From NCBI GenBank assembly GCA_964620755.1, contig CAZUHH010000003.1:2944-66943 (forward strand): 64,000 bases of DNA. Reading direction: 5' to 3'. This document shows, one piece after another, positions 11,030 through 23,220 of this stretch. Source of the stretch: an uncultured Bacteroides sp. Its GTDB lineage: Bacteria; Bacteroidota; Bacteroidia; G022818785. Under the pieces are notes generated by a model that saw nothing but the letters and a program-made list of their open reading frames with translations, searched no databases and had not been told where the DNA came from. How positions within the stretch are numbered: the stretch's first letter is position 1; every line of letters starts with the position of its first letter. A program made the position numbers and the translations under genes.

Positions 11030-11302
11030 ATGGCTCGTTCAATTAAAAAAGGTCCTTATATAGATCACAATTTAGAAGATAAAGTTAAATTTGTAAATAA
11101 ACAAAATAAGAAAACTATTATAAAAACATGGTCTAGAAGATCTACTATAATTCCTGAATTTGTTGGTAATACATTTGCAGTTCATAATGGAAATAAATTT
11201 ATACCTATTTATATAACTGAAAATATGGTTGGGCATAAATTAGGGGAATTTTCTCCGACAAGAATTTTTAAAAATCATGCTGGAAATAAAAGAAGTCAAT
11301 AA
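11030..11302 (+). CDS. rpsS: 30S ribosomal protein S19
   Basis: 90 aa; [12 protein letters not shown]... Confidence 0.95.
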   Translation: MARSIKKGPYIDHNLEDKVKFVNKQNKKTIIKTWSRRSTIIPEFVGNTFAVHNGNKFIPIYITENMVGHKLGEFSPTRIFKNHAGNKRSQ

Positions 11303-11332
11303 TTTTACATTATTAAAAAAATATATAAAATC

Positions 11333-11686
11333 ATGCAATCAGTGGCAAAATTAAATAATTGTCCTATTTCAGATAGAAAAATGCGGTTGTTATCTAATTC
11401 TATTAGAAATATGAATATTAATAAAGCAATACATTTATTAAATTATTCTTCTAAAAAGAAGATGTCTATTTTGCTTAAAAAATTATTACTTTCAGCTGTA
11501 AATAATTGGAAAAATAAAAATAATATTAAAGGTAATGATATAAGTGATTTATATATAAAAGAAATTTTTGTAAATGGGGGAAAACAATTAAAACGACTAA
11601 AAACTGCACCTCAAGGTCGTGCATGTCGTATTAGAAAGAGATCTAATCATATAACTATTATGGTAGATCAAATTATAAAAAAATAA
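11333..11686 (+). CDS. rplV: 50S ribosomal protein L22
   Basis: 117 aa; operon position and C-terminal [11 protein letters not shown]. Confidence 0.9.
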   Translation: MQSVAKLNNCPISDRKMRLLSNSIRNMNINKAIHLLNYSSKKKMSILLKKLLLSAVNNWKNKNNIKGNDISDLYIKEIFVNGGKQLKRLKTAPQGRACRIRKRSNHITIMVDQIIKK

Positions 11687-11696
11687 TATATTTACT

Positions 11697-12431
11697 ATGG
11701 GGCAAAAAACTAATCCTATTGGCAATAGACTAGGTATTATTAGAGGATGGGACTCTAATTGGTATGAGGATAATGATTATTCTAAGAAGATAATAGAAGA
11801 TAATAAAATTAGAAATTATCTTAATATGAGAATTTCAAGGGGAGGTATATCTAAAATTATTATCGAAAGAACCTTAAAACGTATTACAATTACTATATAT
11901 ACTTCCAGACCGGGTATTATAATAGGCAAAGGTGGACAAGAGGTTGATAAAATTAAAGATGAATTAAAACAAACAACTAAAAAGAAAGATTTACATATAA
12001 ATATTTTAGAGGTTAAAAAACCATTATTGAATGCTAATATAGTAGCTAATAGTATTGCTAAACAGTTAGAGTCTAGATTGTCTTTCAGGCGTATTGTAAA
12101 ATCAACTATATCTTCTACTATGAGGGTAGGTGCGGAAGGTATTAAAGTTATGATTTCGGGTAGATTAGGTGGGGCTGAAATGTCTAGAAAAGAATGTTAT
12201 AAAGAAGGCTCTATTCCTCTTAATACATTTAGATCTAATATTGATTATGCTTTATCTGAAGCTTATACATCATATGGAAAAATAGGTGTTAAAGTTTGGA
12301 TCTGTATTGGTGATATTTATAACAATAGAGATCTTTCTAAAAATTTTTCTTTAAATAAGAAAAATATATCTGAATTAGGATTTAGAACTTTGGATGTTTC
12401 TAAGTATAGAAATAAATACAAAAAAGTATAG
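11697..12431 (+). CDS. rpsC: 30S ribosomal protein S3
   Basis: 244 aa; KH domain and S3 C-terminal motifs. Confidence 0.95.
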   Translation: MGQKTNPIGNRLGIIRGWDSNWYEDNDYSKKIIEDNKIRNYLNMRISRGGISKIIIERTLKRITITIYTSRPGIIIGKGGQEVDKIKDELKQTTKKKDLHINILEVKKPLLNANIVANSIAKQLESRLSFRRIVKSTISSTMRVGAEGIKVMISGRLGGAEMSRKECYKEGSIPLNTFRSNIDYALSEAYTSYGKIGVKVWICIGDIYNNRDLSKNFSLNKKNISELGFRTLDVSKYRNKYKKV

Positions 12432-12461
12432 TAATATAAATTTTAACTATTTTGATTAATT

Positions 12462-12881
12462 ATGTTGCAACCTAAAAAAACAAAATTTAGAAAAATGCAA
12501 AAGGGCCGTATAAAAGGCAATGCTAAAAAAGGATTTAATATTTCATTTGGTTCTTTTGGTATTAAAACATTAGAACCTGCTTGGATAACATCTCAGCAAA
12601 TAGAAGCAGCTCGTATTGCTATAAACAGATTTATGCAACGTCAAGGTCAATTATGGATACGAATCTTTCCATATAAACCTATAACTAAAAAACCTGCTGA
12701 AGTTCGTATGGGAAAAGGTAAAGGTAATGTTGAATTATGGGTTTCTCCTGTCAAGCCTGGATTAATTTTATTTGAAGTAGATGGCATATCAATTGATATC
12801 GCAAAAGAAGCATTTAGATTAGCTTCACATAAATTACCTATTAGAACAAAAATGGTTGTTCGTAGAAATTATGAATATTAA
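12462..12881 (+). CDS. rplP: 50S ribosomal protein L16
   Basis: 139 aa; [16 protein letters not shown]. Confidence 0.95.
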   Translation: MLQPKKTKFRKMQKGRIKGNAKKGFNISFGSFGIKTLEPAWITSQQIEAARIAINRFMQRQGQLWIRIFPYKPITKKPAEVRMGKGKGNVELWVSPVKPGLILFEVDGISIDIAKEAFRLASHKLPIRTKMVVRRNYEY

Positions 12882-12895
12882 AATATTTAATATCA

Positions 12896-13099
12896 ATGAA
12901 AAGTAATATTGAAAATATTAATAAATTAACGATAAAAGAAATAAATGATAAAATTTTACTTGAAAAAATTAATATTAATAAACTATATCTTAGTCATTCT
13001 AATGCTACATTAGATAATCCATTAAAAATAAGATTTGTTAGGCGTAATATTGCACGTTTAAAAACAATATTAAGGTTGAAAAATACAAAAATAATATGA
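12896..13099 (+). CDS. rpmC: 50S ribosomal protein L29
   Basis: 67 aa; operon position between rplP and rpsQ. Confidence 0.85.
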   Translation: MKSNIENINKLTIKEINDKILLEKININKLYLSHSNATLDNPLKIRFVRRNIARLKTILRLKNTKII

Positions 13100-13121
13100 A
13101 AATATTAAAAAATTATTTATT

Positions 13122-13373
13122 ATGTCAAAAAAAATAAGAAATACTGTAATAGGCAATGTTATAAGTAATAAAATGGATAAATCTATTGTATTAGTGTGTG
13201 AAAGAAAAGTTAAGCATAAAATATATCATAAATATATAAATAAGAGAAGTAAATTTATGGCACATGATGAGTCCAATATATGTAAAATAGGAGATAGGGT
13301 TATAATTGAATCAACAAGACCTATAAGTAAAAATAAACATTGGAAGTTATTGAATATTATAAAAAGTTATTAA
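13122..13373 (+). CDS. rpsQ: 30S ribosomal protein S17
   Basis: 83 aa S17 signature. Confidence 0.9.
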   Translation: MSKKIRNTVIGNVISNKMDKSIVLVCERKVKHKIYHKYINKRSKFMAHDESNICKIGDRVIIESTRPISKNKHWKLLNIIKSY

Positions 13374-13376
13374 ATA

Positions 13377-13745
13377 ATGATACGACAAGAGACACGCTTA
13401 AAAGTTGCAGATAATAGTGGCGCTAAAGAAGTTTTATGTATAAATGTATTAGGTGGTACAAATAAAAAATTTGCTACTTTGGGAGATGTTATTGTTATAT
13501 CTGTCAAAAAAAGCATACCAAAAGGAAATATAAAAAAAAATACTGTTTCTAAAGCTGTTATAGTAAGAACTAAAAAAGAGTTTAAAAGAAAAGATGGTTC
13601 TTATATAAGATTTGATGACAATGCTGTTGTTTTATTAAATGATAATGGCGAATTAATAGGAACACGTGTTTTAGGCCCTATAGCAAGAGAATTAAGAGAG
13701 AAAAAATTTAATAAAATTGTATCTTTAGCATTAGAAGTATTATGA
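13377..13745 (+). CDS. rplN: 50S ribosomal protein L14
   Basis: 122 aa; [18 protein letters not shown]. Confidence 0.95.
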   Translation: MIRQETRLKVADNSGAKEVLCINVLGGTNKKFATLGDVIVISVKKSIPKGNIKKNTVSKAVIVRTKKEFKRKDGSYIRFDDNAVVLLNDNGELIGTRVLGPIARELREKKFNKIVSLALEVL

Positions 13746-14080
13746 AATATAGTAAAAAATATAAATTAAAATTAAAATCTGGAGATTTTGTAAAGGTTAT
13801 AGCAGGTAATTACAAGAATAAAAAAAGCAATATAATAAAAATTGATAAAACGAAAGGTAAAGTTTATTTAAAAGATATTAATGTTGTTATTAAGCATGTT
13901 AAATCAAATAATAAAAATAATAATGGTAAAATTATCAAAAAAGAAGCACCTATTGATATATCTAATGTAATGATTATAGATCCATCTTGTAGTAATATTT
14001 CTAGAATAGGTAGAAAAATAAATATTGACTCAGGTAAATTAAATAGATACTATAAAAAATCTCAATTATTTATAAAATAA
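13742..14080 (+). CDS. rplX: 50S ribosomal protein L24
   Basis: 112 aa KOW-type; operon position. Confidence 0.9.
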   Translation: MKYSKKYKLKLKSGDFVKVIAGNYKNKKSNIIKIDKTKGKVYLKDINVVIKHVKSNNKNNNGKIIKKEAPIDISNVMIIDPSCSNISRIGRKINIDSGKLNRYYKKSQLFIK

Positions 14081-14631
14081 TGAAATATATTCCTAGATTG
14101 AAAATTAAATATTATAATGACTTGATATTTAAATTAAAAGACAAATTAAAATATAATAATATAATGCAAGTACCTAAAATAGAAAAAATTTGCATTAATA
14201 GGGGATTAAGCAGTAAAGCTAATAATAGTAATTTAATCAAAATATCCTTAAAAGAAATTTCTTTAATAACTGGCCAAAAGGCAGCTATATCTAATTCTAA
14301 AAAAGATATATCAGGCTTTAATTTAAGAGCTAATACTCCTATAGGGGTTTATGTAACTCTTCGTAATAATATGATGTATGAATTTTTAGATAGATTAATA
14401 TCAATTGTTTTACCAAGAATAAGAGATTTTAATGGATTGTCACCTAAATCATTTGATGGAAATGGAAATTATACATTTGGTATTAAAGAACAAATTATTT
14501 TTCCAGAAATTGCTATAGAATCTGTAAAAAAAAATATGGGGATGGATATTACATTTGTATCTAATAAGAATAGTGATAAAGAACTATATGAATTAATGAA
14601 AATTTTAGAGTTTCCATTTAAAAATATATAA
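14080..14631 (+). CDS. rplE: 50S ribosomal protein L5
   Basis: 183 aa L5 signature. Confidence 0.95.
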   Translation: MKYIPRLKIKYYNDLIFKLKDKLKYNNIMQVPKIEKICINRGLSSKANNSNLIKISLKEISLITGQKAAISNSKKDISGFNLRANTPIGVYVTLRNNMMYEFLDRLISIVLPRIRDFNGLSPKSFDGNGNYTFGIKEQIIFPEIAIESVKKNMGMDITFVSNKNSDKELYELMKILEFPFKNI

Positions 14632-14635
14632 TATT

Positions 14636-14905
14636 ATGGCAAAAGAGTGTATAAAAGCAAGAAATATTAAAAGAAAAGCTTTGGTAATTAAATATCATAA
14701 AAGGCGTATTGATTTAAAAAAATCAGGTGACTTAGTTGCATTAGATAAATTACCACGTAATTCTTCTCCTGTTAGATTACGTAATAGATGTGCTATTACA
14801 GGTAGAGCTAGAGGATATATACGTAAATTTGGATTGTCAAGAATTGTATTTCGTAATATGGCTTTAAAAGGTGAAATAGCTGGTATTGTTAAAGCAAGTT
14901 GGTAA
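14636..14905 (+). CDS. rpsN: 30S ribosomal protein S14
   Basis: 89 aa; C-terminal [13 protein letters not shown]...[12 protein letters not shown]. Confidence 0.95.
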   Translation: MAKECIKARNIKRKALVIKYHKRRIDLKKSGDLVALDKLPRNSSPVRLRNRCAITGRARGYIRKFGLSRIVFRNMALKGEIAGIVKASW

Positions 14906-14972
14906 AATTAATCAATATTTCATTATATTTGATGCATATAATTTACAATTAAAATTAATTAATATTTATACT

Positions 14973-15374
14973 ATGCATAGTGATTCTATTAGCGATTATT
15001 TAACTAGGTTAAGAAATGCTATTATGGCACAACATAAAATTGTTAAAATGCCATTAACTAAAATAAAATGTTCTATAACAAAATTATTATTTAAAGAAGG
15101 ATATATTTATAATTACAAATTTGATATTAATACAAATAAACCTATTATTACTATATTTATTAAATACTTTAATAATAAATCGACAATTCCTGTTATAAAA
15201 AATATTACAAGAATTAGTAAATGTAGCATTAGAAAATATACTAAAGTAAATAATATACCTCGTGTTTTAAATGGTATGGGAATGTCTATTTTATCGACTT
15301 CTAAAGGTATTATATCAGATAAAGAAGCCCGTAAACTTAATGTTGGTGGAGAGATTATATGTACAATTTATTAA
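14973..15374 (+). CDS. rpsH: 30S ribosomal protein S8
   Basis: S8 signature MHSDSISDYLTRLRNA. Start moved to internal ATG at 14973, since the track ORF start at 14886 overlaps rpsN and adds a non-conserved extension. Confidence 0.9.
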   Translation: MHSDSISDYLTRLRNAIMAQHKIVKMPLTKIKCSITKLLFKEGYIYNYKFDINTNKPIITIFIKYFNNKSTIPVIKNITRISKCSIRKYTKVNNIPRVLNGMGMSILSTSKGIISDKEARKLNVGGEIICTIY

Positions 15375-15407
15375 AGTATTAATTTTAAAAAAAAATCAAT
15401 TTAAAAT

Positions 15408-15968
15408 ATGTCCAGAATAGGCAATTTAGAAATTATAGTACCTGAAAATATAATTGTTGATTTTGATGAAATAAAAAATTTAATTTCAGTTAAAAGCAGC
15501 AAAGGTATTTTATATCAGAAAATTAACAAAAATATTAAAATTGTAATTAATAATAATAAAATTATTTTATTAAGAAATGACTCTAAAAAATATGTTAAAT
15601 CTCTTCATGGATTATATAGGTCGTTAATTAATAATATGATTATAGGAGTTACTAAGGGATTTACAATTAAGCAAGAATTGATAGGAATAGGTTATAAAGC
15701 TAATACTATAAATAATATTTTATTTATAGATGTTGGTCATTCTCATGATTTTGTATTTAAAATGCCCAAAGAAGTTACTGTAAATACAATTAATAAAAAA
15801 GGTGAACCGTTTATAATTACTTTAAATAGTATTGATAAACAATTATTAGGGCAAATAGCAGCTAAAATAAGAAAATTACGTAAACCAGAACCTTATAAAG
15901 GAAAGGGAATTAGATTTTACAATGAAAAAATTAAGATTAAAGCAATAAAATCTTCTTCAAAAAAATAA
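15408..15968 (+). CDS. rplF: 50S ribosomal protein L6
   Basis: 186 aa two-domain L6. Confidence 0.95.
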   Translation: MSRIGNLEIIVPENIIVDFDEIKNLISVKSSKGILYQKINKNIKIVINNNKIILLRNDSKKYVKSLHGLYRSLINNMIIGVTKGFTIKQELIGIGYKANTINNILFIDVGHSHDFVFKMPKEVTVNTINKKGEPFIITLNSIDKQLLGQIAAKIRKLRKPEPYKGKGIRFYNEKIKIKAIKSSSKK

Positions 15969-15984
15969 AATCTTATCATTTAAA

Positions 15985-16290
15985 ATGAAAAAAAAACATA
16001 TAAAAAAAATATATAGATTTAGATTAAGTGTATATAAAAGCAATAGGTTTATATATGCACAAATTATAGATGATAAATTAGGTCATACTGTAGCTTATGC
16101 TAATTCATTAAAATATTTAACATCTGATGGTAATAAATTAGATATAGCAAAAAATATTGGTTTATCAATAGCTAAAATGGCGCTATCTTCCAATGTTAAA
16201 TATGTATTTTTTGATAAAGGAAAGTATAAATATCATGGAAAAATAAAATCTTTAGCAGATGGAGCTCGTCTAGGAGGATTAAACTTTTAA
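15985..16290 (+). CDS. rplR: 50S ribosomal protein L18
   Basis: 101 aa; operon position. Confidence 0.9.
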   Translation: MKKKHIKKIYRFRLSVYKSNRFIYAQIIDDKLGHTVAYANSLKYLTSDGNKLDIAKNIGLSIAKMALSSNVKYVFFDKGKYKYHGKIKSLADGARLGGLNF

Positions 16291-16302
16291 TTATTAAAAA
16301 TA

Positions 16303-16827
16303 ATGCGTAAAATAATAAATTCATATAGAATTAAACCAAGTGAAGTAGAATTAAAAGACAAATTAGTAAAAGTTAAACGTGTATCTAAGGTAACTAAGGG
16401 TGGAAGAATATTTAGTTTTTCAGCCATAGTAGTAGTGGGAAATGAAAATGGTGTTGTTGGATATGGTATTGGTAAAGCTAAAGAAGTATCTGAAGCAATA
16501 CAAAAAGGTATTGATGATGCAAAAAAACATCTTATTAAATTTCCTATTTTAAATGGGACTATACCTCATGAACAATATGGTAAATATTCAGGTGGATATG
16601 TATTTTTAAAACCAGCCTCAAGGGGAACTGGTGTAATTGCCGGAGGTGCAATGCGAGCAGTTTTTGAAAGTGCTGGTATAAAAGATATTTTAGCAAAATC
16701 TAAAGGTAGCTCAAACACTTTTAATGTTATTAAAGCTACTATTAATGCACTTGTTCAAATAAGAGATTTAAAAACTATTATTAAACATAGAGGCATATCT
16801 ATATATAAACTTTTTAATGTTTCTTAA
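16303..16827 (+). CDS. rpsE: 30S ribosomal protein S5
   Basis: 174 aa; [12 protein letters not shown] motif. Confidence 0.95.
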   Translation: MRKIINSYRIKPSEVELKDKLVKVKRVSKVTKGGRIFSFSAIVVVGNENGVVGYGIGKAKEVSEAIQKGIDDAKKHLIKFPILNGTIPHEQYGKYSGGYVFLKPASRGTGVIAGGAMRAVFESAGIKDILAKSKGSSNTFNVIKATINALVQIRDLKTIIKHRGISIYKLFNVS

Positions 16828-16832
16828 AAAAA

Positions 16833-17018
16833 ATGAAAAATATTAAAATAACCCAAATAAAAAGTATTATAAATAGAACTAATACTCAAAAATTAACAAT
16901 GAAAGCATTAGGATTAAATCGTATTAATAAATCTGTTTCTTTGATAATCAATAAAAGCATTATAGGTATGATTAAACGTGTTAATCATTTAATTAAAATA
17001 GAAATTATTAATAAATAA
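16833..17018 (+). CDS. rpmD: 50S ribosomal protein L30
   Basis: 61 aa; operon position. Confidence 0.85.
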   Translation: MKNIKITQIKSIINRTNTQKLTMKALGLNRINKSVSLIINKSIIGMIKRVNHLIKIEIINK

Positions 17019-17020
17019 AA

Positions 17021-17458
17021 ATGGAATTACATACACTTAGTCCAACTATTGGATCTGTTAAAAAACGTAAAAGAATAGGTAGAGGTGCAGGATCTGGTCA
17101 TGGAGGAACATCTACTAGAGGTCATAATGGCTATCAGTCTAGATCTGGAAGTCGTAGAAAAGTGGGTTTTGAGGGTGGTCAAATGCCTTTACAAAAAAGA
17201 ATTCCTAAATATGGATTTGTTGGTAAAAATGCTAAAAAAATACAACATTGTGTTATTAATTTAGATAAACTTGAATTAATTATACAAAAATATAATTTAA
17301 AATTAGTTAATATTGATATTTTAAAGAAAAAAAATATAATTAATAAAAGATCTAATGTTAAAATTTTAGGTACGGGAAACTTAAAATCTAAAGTAGATAT
17401 TGATATAAATTGTATTTCTAAAAGCGCATTGAGTAAAATTAATAAAAGTAATCATTAA
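17021..17458 (+). CDS. rplO: 50S ribosomal protein L15
   Basis: 145 aa; glycine-rich N-terminus. Confidence 0.9.
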   Translation: MELHTLSPTIGSVKKRKRIGRGAGSGHGGTSTRGHNGYQSRSGSRRKVGFEGGQMPLQKRIPKYGFVGKNAKKIQHCVINLDKLELIIQKYNLKLVNIDILKKKNIINKRSNVKILGTGNLKSKVDIDINCISKSALSKINKSNH

Positions 17459-17463
17459 TTATA

Positions 17464-18774
17464 GTGTTGTATTTAATATATAAAATATGGAGCATCAATA
17501 ATTTAAAAAAGAAAATTTTAAATACAATTTTCTATTTGTCTATTTATAGATTAGGATCTTATATTGTATTACCTGGCATTAATCCTATCTTTTTAGCAAC
17601 TAATCATAATGATTTTAAAGCCAATAGTATATTAAATATATTTAATATGTTTGTTGGAGGCGCTTTTTCAAATTTTTCTATTATATCACTAGGTATAATG
17701 CCTTATATTTCATCATCTATTTTAGTTCAAGTAATGTCATTTATAATACCTTATTTTCAACGATTACAAAGGGATGGTATTGTAGGGCAAAATACTATAA
17801 ATCAATTAATTAGATTAATTACTATACCTATTTGTTGTATTCAGGCATTTATTTTTATTAACACTCAAATACCTATATATATAGTTTATATTAATTATAC
17901 GCTATTTGTAATATCTTCTATTATAATATTATGTGCTGGTACTATAGCTGTGATGTGGATTGGGGAAAAAATAACATCAAATGGTATTGGAAATGGAATA
18001 TCTGTAATTATTATGACTGGAATAATTGTTCATTTCCCTGGAGCATTAATTAGTGAAATTTTTAGTAAATTATCAAATATTTATGGATTTATATCAATTT
18101 TTTTTGAACTTTTTATTTTCATATTGATTATGATTTTATCTATTGCTATAACACGAGTTACAAGGGAAATTTCTATACAATATGTTAATGATATAATTTA
18201 TAGTAATGAAATTTTAAAAAATACTAATAATAGAAAATATATTCCATTAAAATTAAATTCATCGGGTGTAATGCCCATTATATTAGCACAGGCTATAATG
18301 TTTTTCTTGGCAATGTTTAATAGTATTATTAATAATAAAAAAAATATACTGGATAATTTTAATGATAATACTTCATTTTTATATAATATAACATTTGCAT
18401 TGTTAATAATAATATTTTCATATCTTTATACTAATATTTTAATGAATTCTACACAAATATCTGATGATATGAAAAAAAGTGGAAGTTTTATTCCAGGTAT
18501 TTCGCCTGGTATTGAAACATCTAGTTTTATAAAAGATATTATTAATAAATTAACATTATTTGGATCTATATTTTTAGCTTTGATAGCTATTATACCATCT
18601 ATTATAATAAAATTGAATATAACTCCTCAATTAGCTCAATTTTTTGGAGGAACATCATTGTTAATTATTATTAGTACAAGTTTAGAAATAATACAACAAA
18701 TTAAAAGTCATTTACTGACAAATTATTATGATGAATTAATGAGAAAAAATCAATTAAATCAACATTATGAATAA
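17464..18774 (+). CDS. secY: Preprotein translocase subunit SecY
   Basis: 436 aa, 10 TM; ...IWSINNLKKKIL...YRLGSYIVLPGI. Apparent GTG start. Confidence 0.9.
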   Translation: MLYLIYKIWSINNLKKKILNTIFYLSIYRLGSYIVLPGINPIFLATNHNDFKANSILNIFNMFVGGAFSNFSIISLGIMPYISSSILVQVMSFIIPYFQRLQRDGIVGQNTINQLIRLITIPICCIQAFIFINTQIPIYIVYINYTLFVISSIIILCAGTIAVMWIGEKITSNGIGNGISVIIMTGIIVHFPGALISEIFSKLSNIYGFISIFFELFIFILIMILSIAITRVTREISIQYVNDIIYSNEILKNTNNRKYIPLKLNSSGVMPIILAQAIMFFLAMFNSIINNKKNILDNFNDNTSFLYNITFALLIIIFSYLYTNILMNSTQISDDMKKSGSFIPGISPGIETSSFIKDIINKLTLFGSIFLALIAIIPSIIIKLNITPQLAQFFGGTSLLIIISTSLEIIQQIKSHLLTNYYDELMRKNQLNQHYE

Positions 18775-19549
18775 AATATATTATAAATCTGATTATGAAA
18801 TTAATTTAATGAAAGAAAGTGGTGATTTAGTTTCTAAATCATTAGGAGAAGTAGCAAAAATAATAGATATTGATATTAAAACTATAGAAATTGATTCTTA
18901 TATAGAGTCTTTTATATTAAAAAATGGAGGTATTCCTGCATTTAAAGGATATAATTCATTTCCTTATACATTATGTATTTCAATTAATAACGAAGTAGTT
19001 CATGGTTTGCCATCAAATTATAAAATAAAGAATGGTGATATAATATCAGTGGATTGTGGTGTTTTTAAAAATGGTTTTTATGCTGATTCAGCATATACAT
19101 TTCCTATAGGAAATGTTGATAAAAAATTAATAAATTTATTGACAATAACTAAGGAATGTCTTAAATTAGGTATTGAAAAGGCTATAGTTGGTAATACTAT
19201 AAATGATATTAGTTTTGTTATACAAAAACATGCTGAAAATAAAGGTTATAGTGTGGTTAAAAATTTAGTAGGTCATGGAATAGGTAAATATTTACATGAA
19301 GATCCTGAAGTTCCCAATTATATTGGTAAAAATTTAAATATTCCTATAAAAAATGGTTTGGTGATTGCTATAGAACCAATGATTAATATAGGAACTGATA
19401 GAGTTTATTGTAAAGAAGATAATTGGACTATTGTTACATGGGATAATAGTTATTCTGCTCATTATGAACATACAATAGCTATACAAAATGGTATTTTTAA
19501 AAAATTGACTACTTTTGATTATATAGATAAAGAATTATTAAAAAAATAA
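18767..19549 (+). CDS. map: Methionine aminopeptidase type I
   Basis: 260 aa; pita-bread metal ligands (D..D..H..E..E pattern). Confidence 0.9.
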   Translation: MNKIYYKSDYEINLMKESGDLVSKSLGEVAKIIDIDIKTIEIDSYIESFILKNGGIPAFKGYNSFPYTLCISINNEVVHGLPSNYKIKNGDIISVDCGVFKNGFYADSAYTFPIGNVDKKLINLLTITKECLKLGIEKAIVGNTINDISFVIQKHAENKGYSVVKNLVGHGIGKYLHEDPEVPNYIGKNLNIPIKNGLVIAIEPMINIGTDRVYCKEDNWTIVTWDNSYSAHYEHTIAIQNGIFKKLTTFDYIDKELLKK

Positions 19550-19553
19550 CATA

Positions 19554-19769
19554 ATGAAACAAAATGCTTTTGAGCAAGACGGTATTATTAAAGAAGCACT
19601 ATCTAATGCAATGTTTAAAGTTAAATTAAGTAACGGGCATATTATTATTGCACATATTTCAGGAAAAATGCGAATGAATTATATACGTATATTGCCTGGA
19701 GATAAAGTTAAATTAGCAATATCTCCTTATGATTTATCAAAAGGTAGAATAATATATAGATATAAATAA
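19554..19769 (+). CDS. infA: Translation initiation factor IF-1
   Basis: 71 aa S1-like OB fold. Confidence 0.9.
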   Translation: MKQNAFEQDGIIKEALSNAMFKVKLSNGHIIIAHISGKMRMNYIRILPGDKVKLAISPYDLSKGRIIYRYK

Positions 19770-19777
19770 TATTAATT

Positions 19778-19894
19778 ATGAAAGTAAAAGTATCTGTTAA
19801 AAAACGTAGTTCTGATTGTAAAATAGTTAAAAGAAAAGGAAGAATTTATGTTATAAATAAAAAAAATCCTAAATTTAAACAACGTCAAAATTAA
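19778..19894 (+). CDS. rpmJ: 50S ribosomal protein L36
   Basis: 38-aa [41 protein letters not shown] between infA and rpsM. Below the ORF track size cut-off. Confidence 0.85.
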   Translation: MKVKVSVKKRSSDCKIVKRKGRIYVINKKNPKFKQRQN

Positions 19895-19902
19895 AAAATA
19901 AA

Positions 19903-20277
19903 ATGGTTAGAATATCAGGAGTAGATCTTCCTATTAACAAAAGAGGAATTATAGCACTGACTAGTATTTATGGTATTGGCTATTCTAAAGCTTTTTCTAT
20001 TTTAGAAAAAGCAAAAATAGATATTAATATTAAAGTAAAAGATTGGTCTGAATCTGATTTATCTTGTATTAGATCTATAATAGATAAAATAATTGTTGAA
20101 GGTGATTTAAGGTCAGAAATATATACTAATATAAAAAGATTAATAGATATAAACTGCTATAAAGGAATAAGGCATCGAAAGGGATTACCAGTAAATGGAC
20201 AAAGTACAAAAAATAATGCAAGAACACGTAAGGGTAAAAGAAAAACTGTATCAAATAAGAAAAAACTTGTTAAATAA
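19903..20277 (+). CDS. rpsM: 30S ribosomal protein S13
   Basis: 124 aa; [10 protein letters not shown]. Confidence 0.95.
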   Translation: MVRISGVDLPINKRGIIALTSIYGIGYSKAFSILEKAKIDINIKVKDWSESDLSCIRSIIDKIIVEGDLRSEIYTNIKRLIDINCYKGIRHRKGLPVNGQSTKNNARTRKGKRKTVSNKKKLVK

Positions 20278-20294
20278 AATTATAATTTAATGAT

Positions 20295-20687
20295 ATGAAT
20301 AGAATATCAAATAAAAATAATAAAAAAAAAATATTATTAGCTGAATCAAACGGATGTGCTCATATTTATTCTACATTTAATAATATAATCATTACTATAA
20401 CTAATAATAATGGAAATACTATTTCATGGTCTTCTGCAGGCAAAATGGGATTTAAAGGTTCTAAAAAAAATACTCCTTATGCTGCTTCACAAACAGCATC
20501 AAATTGTGGTAAAATTGCTTATGATATGGGATTACGTAAGGTAAAAATATATATAAAAGGCCCTGGAAGTGGTAGAGAAGCTGCAATACGTACATTACAA
20601 AATAGTGGATTAGAAATAACAAGTATATATGATATAACACCAATACCGCATAATGGATGTAGACCTCCTAAAAAAAGAAAAATATAA
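20295..20687 (+). CDS. rpsK: 30S ribosomal protein S11
   Basis: 130 aa S11 signature. Confidence 0.95.
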   Translation: MNRISNKNNKKKILLAESNGCAHIYSTFNNIIITITNNNGNTISWSSAGKMGFKGSKKNTPYAASQTASNCGKIAYDMGLRKVKIYIKGPGSGREAAIRTLQNSGLEITSIYDITPIPHNGCRPPKKRKI

Positions 20688-20715
20688 AATATTGATAAAA
20701 TTATTTGATTAAAAA

Positions 20716-21321
20716 ATGGCAAAATATATTGGACCTAAATCAAAAATAGCTCGCAGGTTTAGTGAACCTATTTTTGGACCAGACAAAGTTTTAGATAAAA
20801 AAAATTATCCATCTGGAATGCATGGAATTGCAAGACGTAAATCTAAAATGTCTGAATATGCTTTACAATTAAAAGAAAAACAAAAAGTTAAGTTTATTTA
20901 CGGAATTTTAGAAAAACAATTTTCTAATTTGTTTAAAAAAGCAAATAAATCATTAAATATAACAGGTTTTGTATTATTACAGTATTTAGAATCTAGATTG
21001 GATAATGTTATATATAGAATTGGTATTGCTAAAACAAGAGCTTCAGCTAGACAATTAGTAAACCATAGACATATTATTATTAATAATAGAATAGTTAATA
21101 TTCCATCTTATCAATTAAGTCCTGGTGATGAAATATCTATTAATAATAAATCTAAAAAATTAAATTTTATAAAAGAAAATATTTTAAATAACAATTGTAA
21201 AGTTAAATGGATTGAATGGAATAATGATATTATGAAAGGTAAATTTATTTGTTATCCAGAAAGAAATGATATACCAGAAAATATAAATGAACAATTAATT
21301 GTAGAATTATACTCTAAATAA
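20716..21321 (+). CDS. rpsD: 30S ribosomal protein S4
   Basis: 201 aa with S4 domain. Confidence 0.95.
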   Translation: MAKYIGPKSKIARRFSEPIFGPDKVLDKKNYPSGMHGIARRKSKMSEYALQLKEKQKVKFIYGILEKQFSNLFKKANKSLNITGFVLLQYLESRLDNVIYRIGIAKTRASARQLVNHRHIIINNRIVNIPSYQLSPGDEISINNKSKKLNFIKENILNNNCKVKWIEWNNDIMKGKFICYPERNDIPENINEQLIVELYSK

Positions 21322-21322
21322 A

Positions 21323-22315
21323 ATGACATTATTAAATTTTAAACATCCCAAAAATACTATTATTAAAGAATCTGATGATTATAATGGCATATTTGAAATT
21401 GCTCCATTAGAACCAGGTTTTGGCATTACTATTGGAAATGCTTTAAGAAGAGTTTTATTGTCATCTCTTGAAGGATATTCAGTAGTATCATTAAAAATTG
21501 AAGGCATTACTAATGAATTTTCAGTTATTAAGGGAATTATAGAAGATGTTACTGATATAATATTAAATATTAAACAAATTACATTTCAAAAAAAAGGTAG
21601 TGAAGATTTTGAATCAATATTAATAAAAATAAATAATCAAGAAAAATTCAAAGCAGGTGATATTAATCAATTTTCTAATAATTTTAAGGTCATTAACAAT
21701 GACTTAGTTATTTGTAATATGAATAAAAATATTACATTAGAAATGCAAATAAATGTTTCTAAAGGAAGAGGATATGTAGCTGCAGAAGAACACAATAACA
21801 TTGATGAAAATTACTTGAACAATATCTCAATAGATTCTATATTTACTCCTATTAAAAATGTAAAATATAATATTAGTAATCTTAGAATAGGGAAAAGAGT
21901 AGATTATGAAAAATTAACTATTGAAATTTCTACTAATGGATCTATTAGTCCAATAAATGCTTTACAAGAAGCTGCAGATATTTTATTGCATCATTTATTG
22001 ATATTTAGCAATGAAAAAAATATTATGTCTAATGCTTCAGATATTTATCAACAAGAAAAATCATTAGATAATCAATCTATATATAACATAAAAAATATTC
22101 TGAATACTAAATTATCAGATTTAGATTTTTCTGTTAGAGTTAGAAATTGTTTAAAAACAGCTAATATTAATACATTATCTGATTTGGTTCAACATGATAT
22201 TGCTGATATGTTAAAATTCCGTAATTTTGGTAAAAAATCTTTATCTGAAATACAAAATATAGTAAAAAGTAATGGTTTGTCATTTGGTATGGATGTATCA
22301 AAATATATTAAATAA
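21323..22315 (+). CDS. rpoA: DNA-directed RNA polymerase alpha subunit
   Basis: 330 aa; N-terminal dimerisation domain and C-terminal domain. Confidence 0.95.
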   Translation: MTLLNFKHPKNTIIKESDDYNGIFEIAPLEPGFGITIGNALRRVLLSSLEGYSVVSLKIEGITNEFSVIKGIIEDVTDIILNIKQITFQKKGSEDFESILIKINNQEKFKAGDINQFSNNFKVINNDLVICNMNKNITLEMQINVSKGRGYVAAEEHNNIDENYLNNISIDSIFTPIKNVKYNISNLRIGKRVDYEKLTIEISTNGSISPINALQEAADILLHHLLIFSNEKNIMSNASDIYQQEKSLDNQSIYNIKNILNTKLSDLDFSVRVRNCLKTANINTLSDLVQHDIADMLKFRNFGKKSLSEIQNIVKSNGLSFGMDVSKYIK

Positions 22316-22321
22316 TTATTT

Positions 22322-22723
22322 ATGAAACATTTAAAAGGGTTTAATGCATTAAGTAGAAAAAAATCTCATCGTAAATCTTTGTTTTCTAATATGGCTTCTT
22401 CTATTATACTCAATAAAAGAATATATACTACTTTGGCTAAAGCTAAAGCATTGAGACAATATGTAGAACCTATTATTAACAAATCTAAAATTGATAATTT
22501 ACATTCAAGAAGATATGTATTTAAATACATACAAAATAAAAAATCAGTTAAAGAATTGTTTAATAATGTATCACATAAAATTATCAATAGATATGGAGGA
22601 TATACAAGAATAATTCGCATTCCTAAAAGAATGGGTGACAATGCACAGAAATGTTTTATAGAATTAGTAGATTTTAATGATATTTACGTTAAATCAAAAT
22701 TAAAAAAAACTCGTAGAAGTTAA
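22322..22723 (+). CDS. rplQ: 50S ribosomal protein L17
   Basis: 133 aa; follows rpoA. Confidence 0.9.
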   Translation: MKHLKGFNALSRKKSHRKSLFSNMASSIILNKRIYTTLAKAKALRQYVEPIINKSKIDNLHSRRYVFKYIQNKKSVKELFNNVSHKIINRYGGYTRIIRIPKRMGDNAQKCFIELVDFNDIYVKSKLKKTRRS

Positions 22724-22730
22724 TTTATAT

Positions 22731-23174
22731 ATGATAAAATTTAAATATATAACATATAATAAGATGTATCTTATAACTGACTTATGTGTTAATTTTATCA
22801 AAAATTCCAATTATAAGTTATTTCTATTATACGGAGATTTAGGATCTGGAAAAACAACTGTCATTAGAAATATATGTAAATTTATTGGTATTAATAATAA
22901 TATTTTAAGTCCTACTTTTTCATTAGTAAATGAGTATAAAAGTAATATCATAAATGTTCCTATATATCATTGTGATATGTATCGTATTAGTAATATTAAT
23001 GAAATATATGAAATAGGAATACTAGATTATATTTTTAATGATTCAATAGTGTTTATTGAATGGCCAGAAATAATTTTTAATCTTTTATTTGGAAAAGTTA
23101 ATATAGTAAATATTTATATTACAAAAGAATCATTTAATTTGAGAACTTTTTTAATTAAACAAATTACTATATAA
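22731..23174 (+). CDS. tsaE: tRNA t6A37 threonylcarbamoyladenosine biosynthesis ATPase TsaE
   Basis: 147 aa; Walker A LYGDLGSGKTT and SPTFSLVNEY motif. Confidence 0.75.
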   Translation: MIKFKYITYNKMYLITDLCVNFIKNSNYKLFLLYGDLGSGKTTVIRNICKFIGINNNILSPTFSLVNEYKSNIINVPIYHCDMYRISNINEIYEIGILDYIFNDSIVFIEWPEIIFNLLFGKVNIVNIYITKESFNLRTFLIKQITI

Positions 23175-23220
23175 ATAATATTTTTAATATATTTGATGCT
23201 AGTTAGGTTTTGTAATGTAA

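Noticed and set aside
14886-14972. Apparent rpsN/rpsH overlap of 20 nt from the ORF track
   Set aside because: This is an artefact of taking the longest ORF. The conserved S8 N-terminus begins at the internal ATG at 14973.
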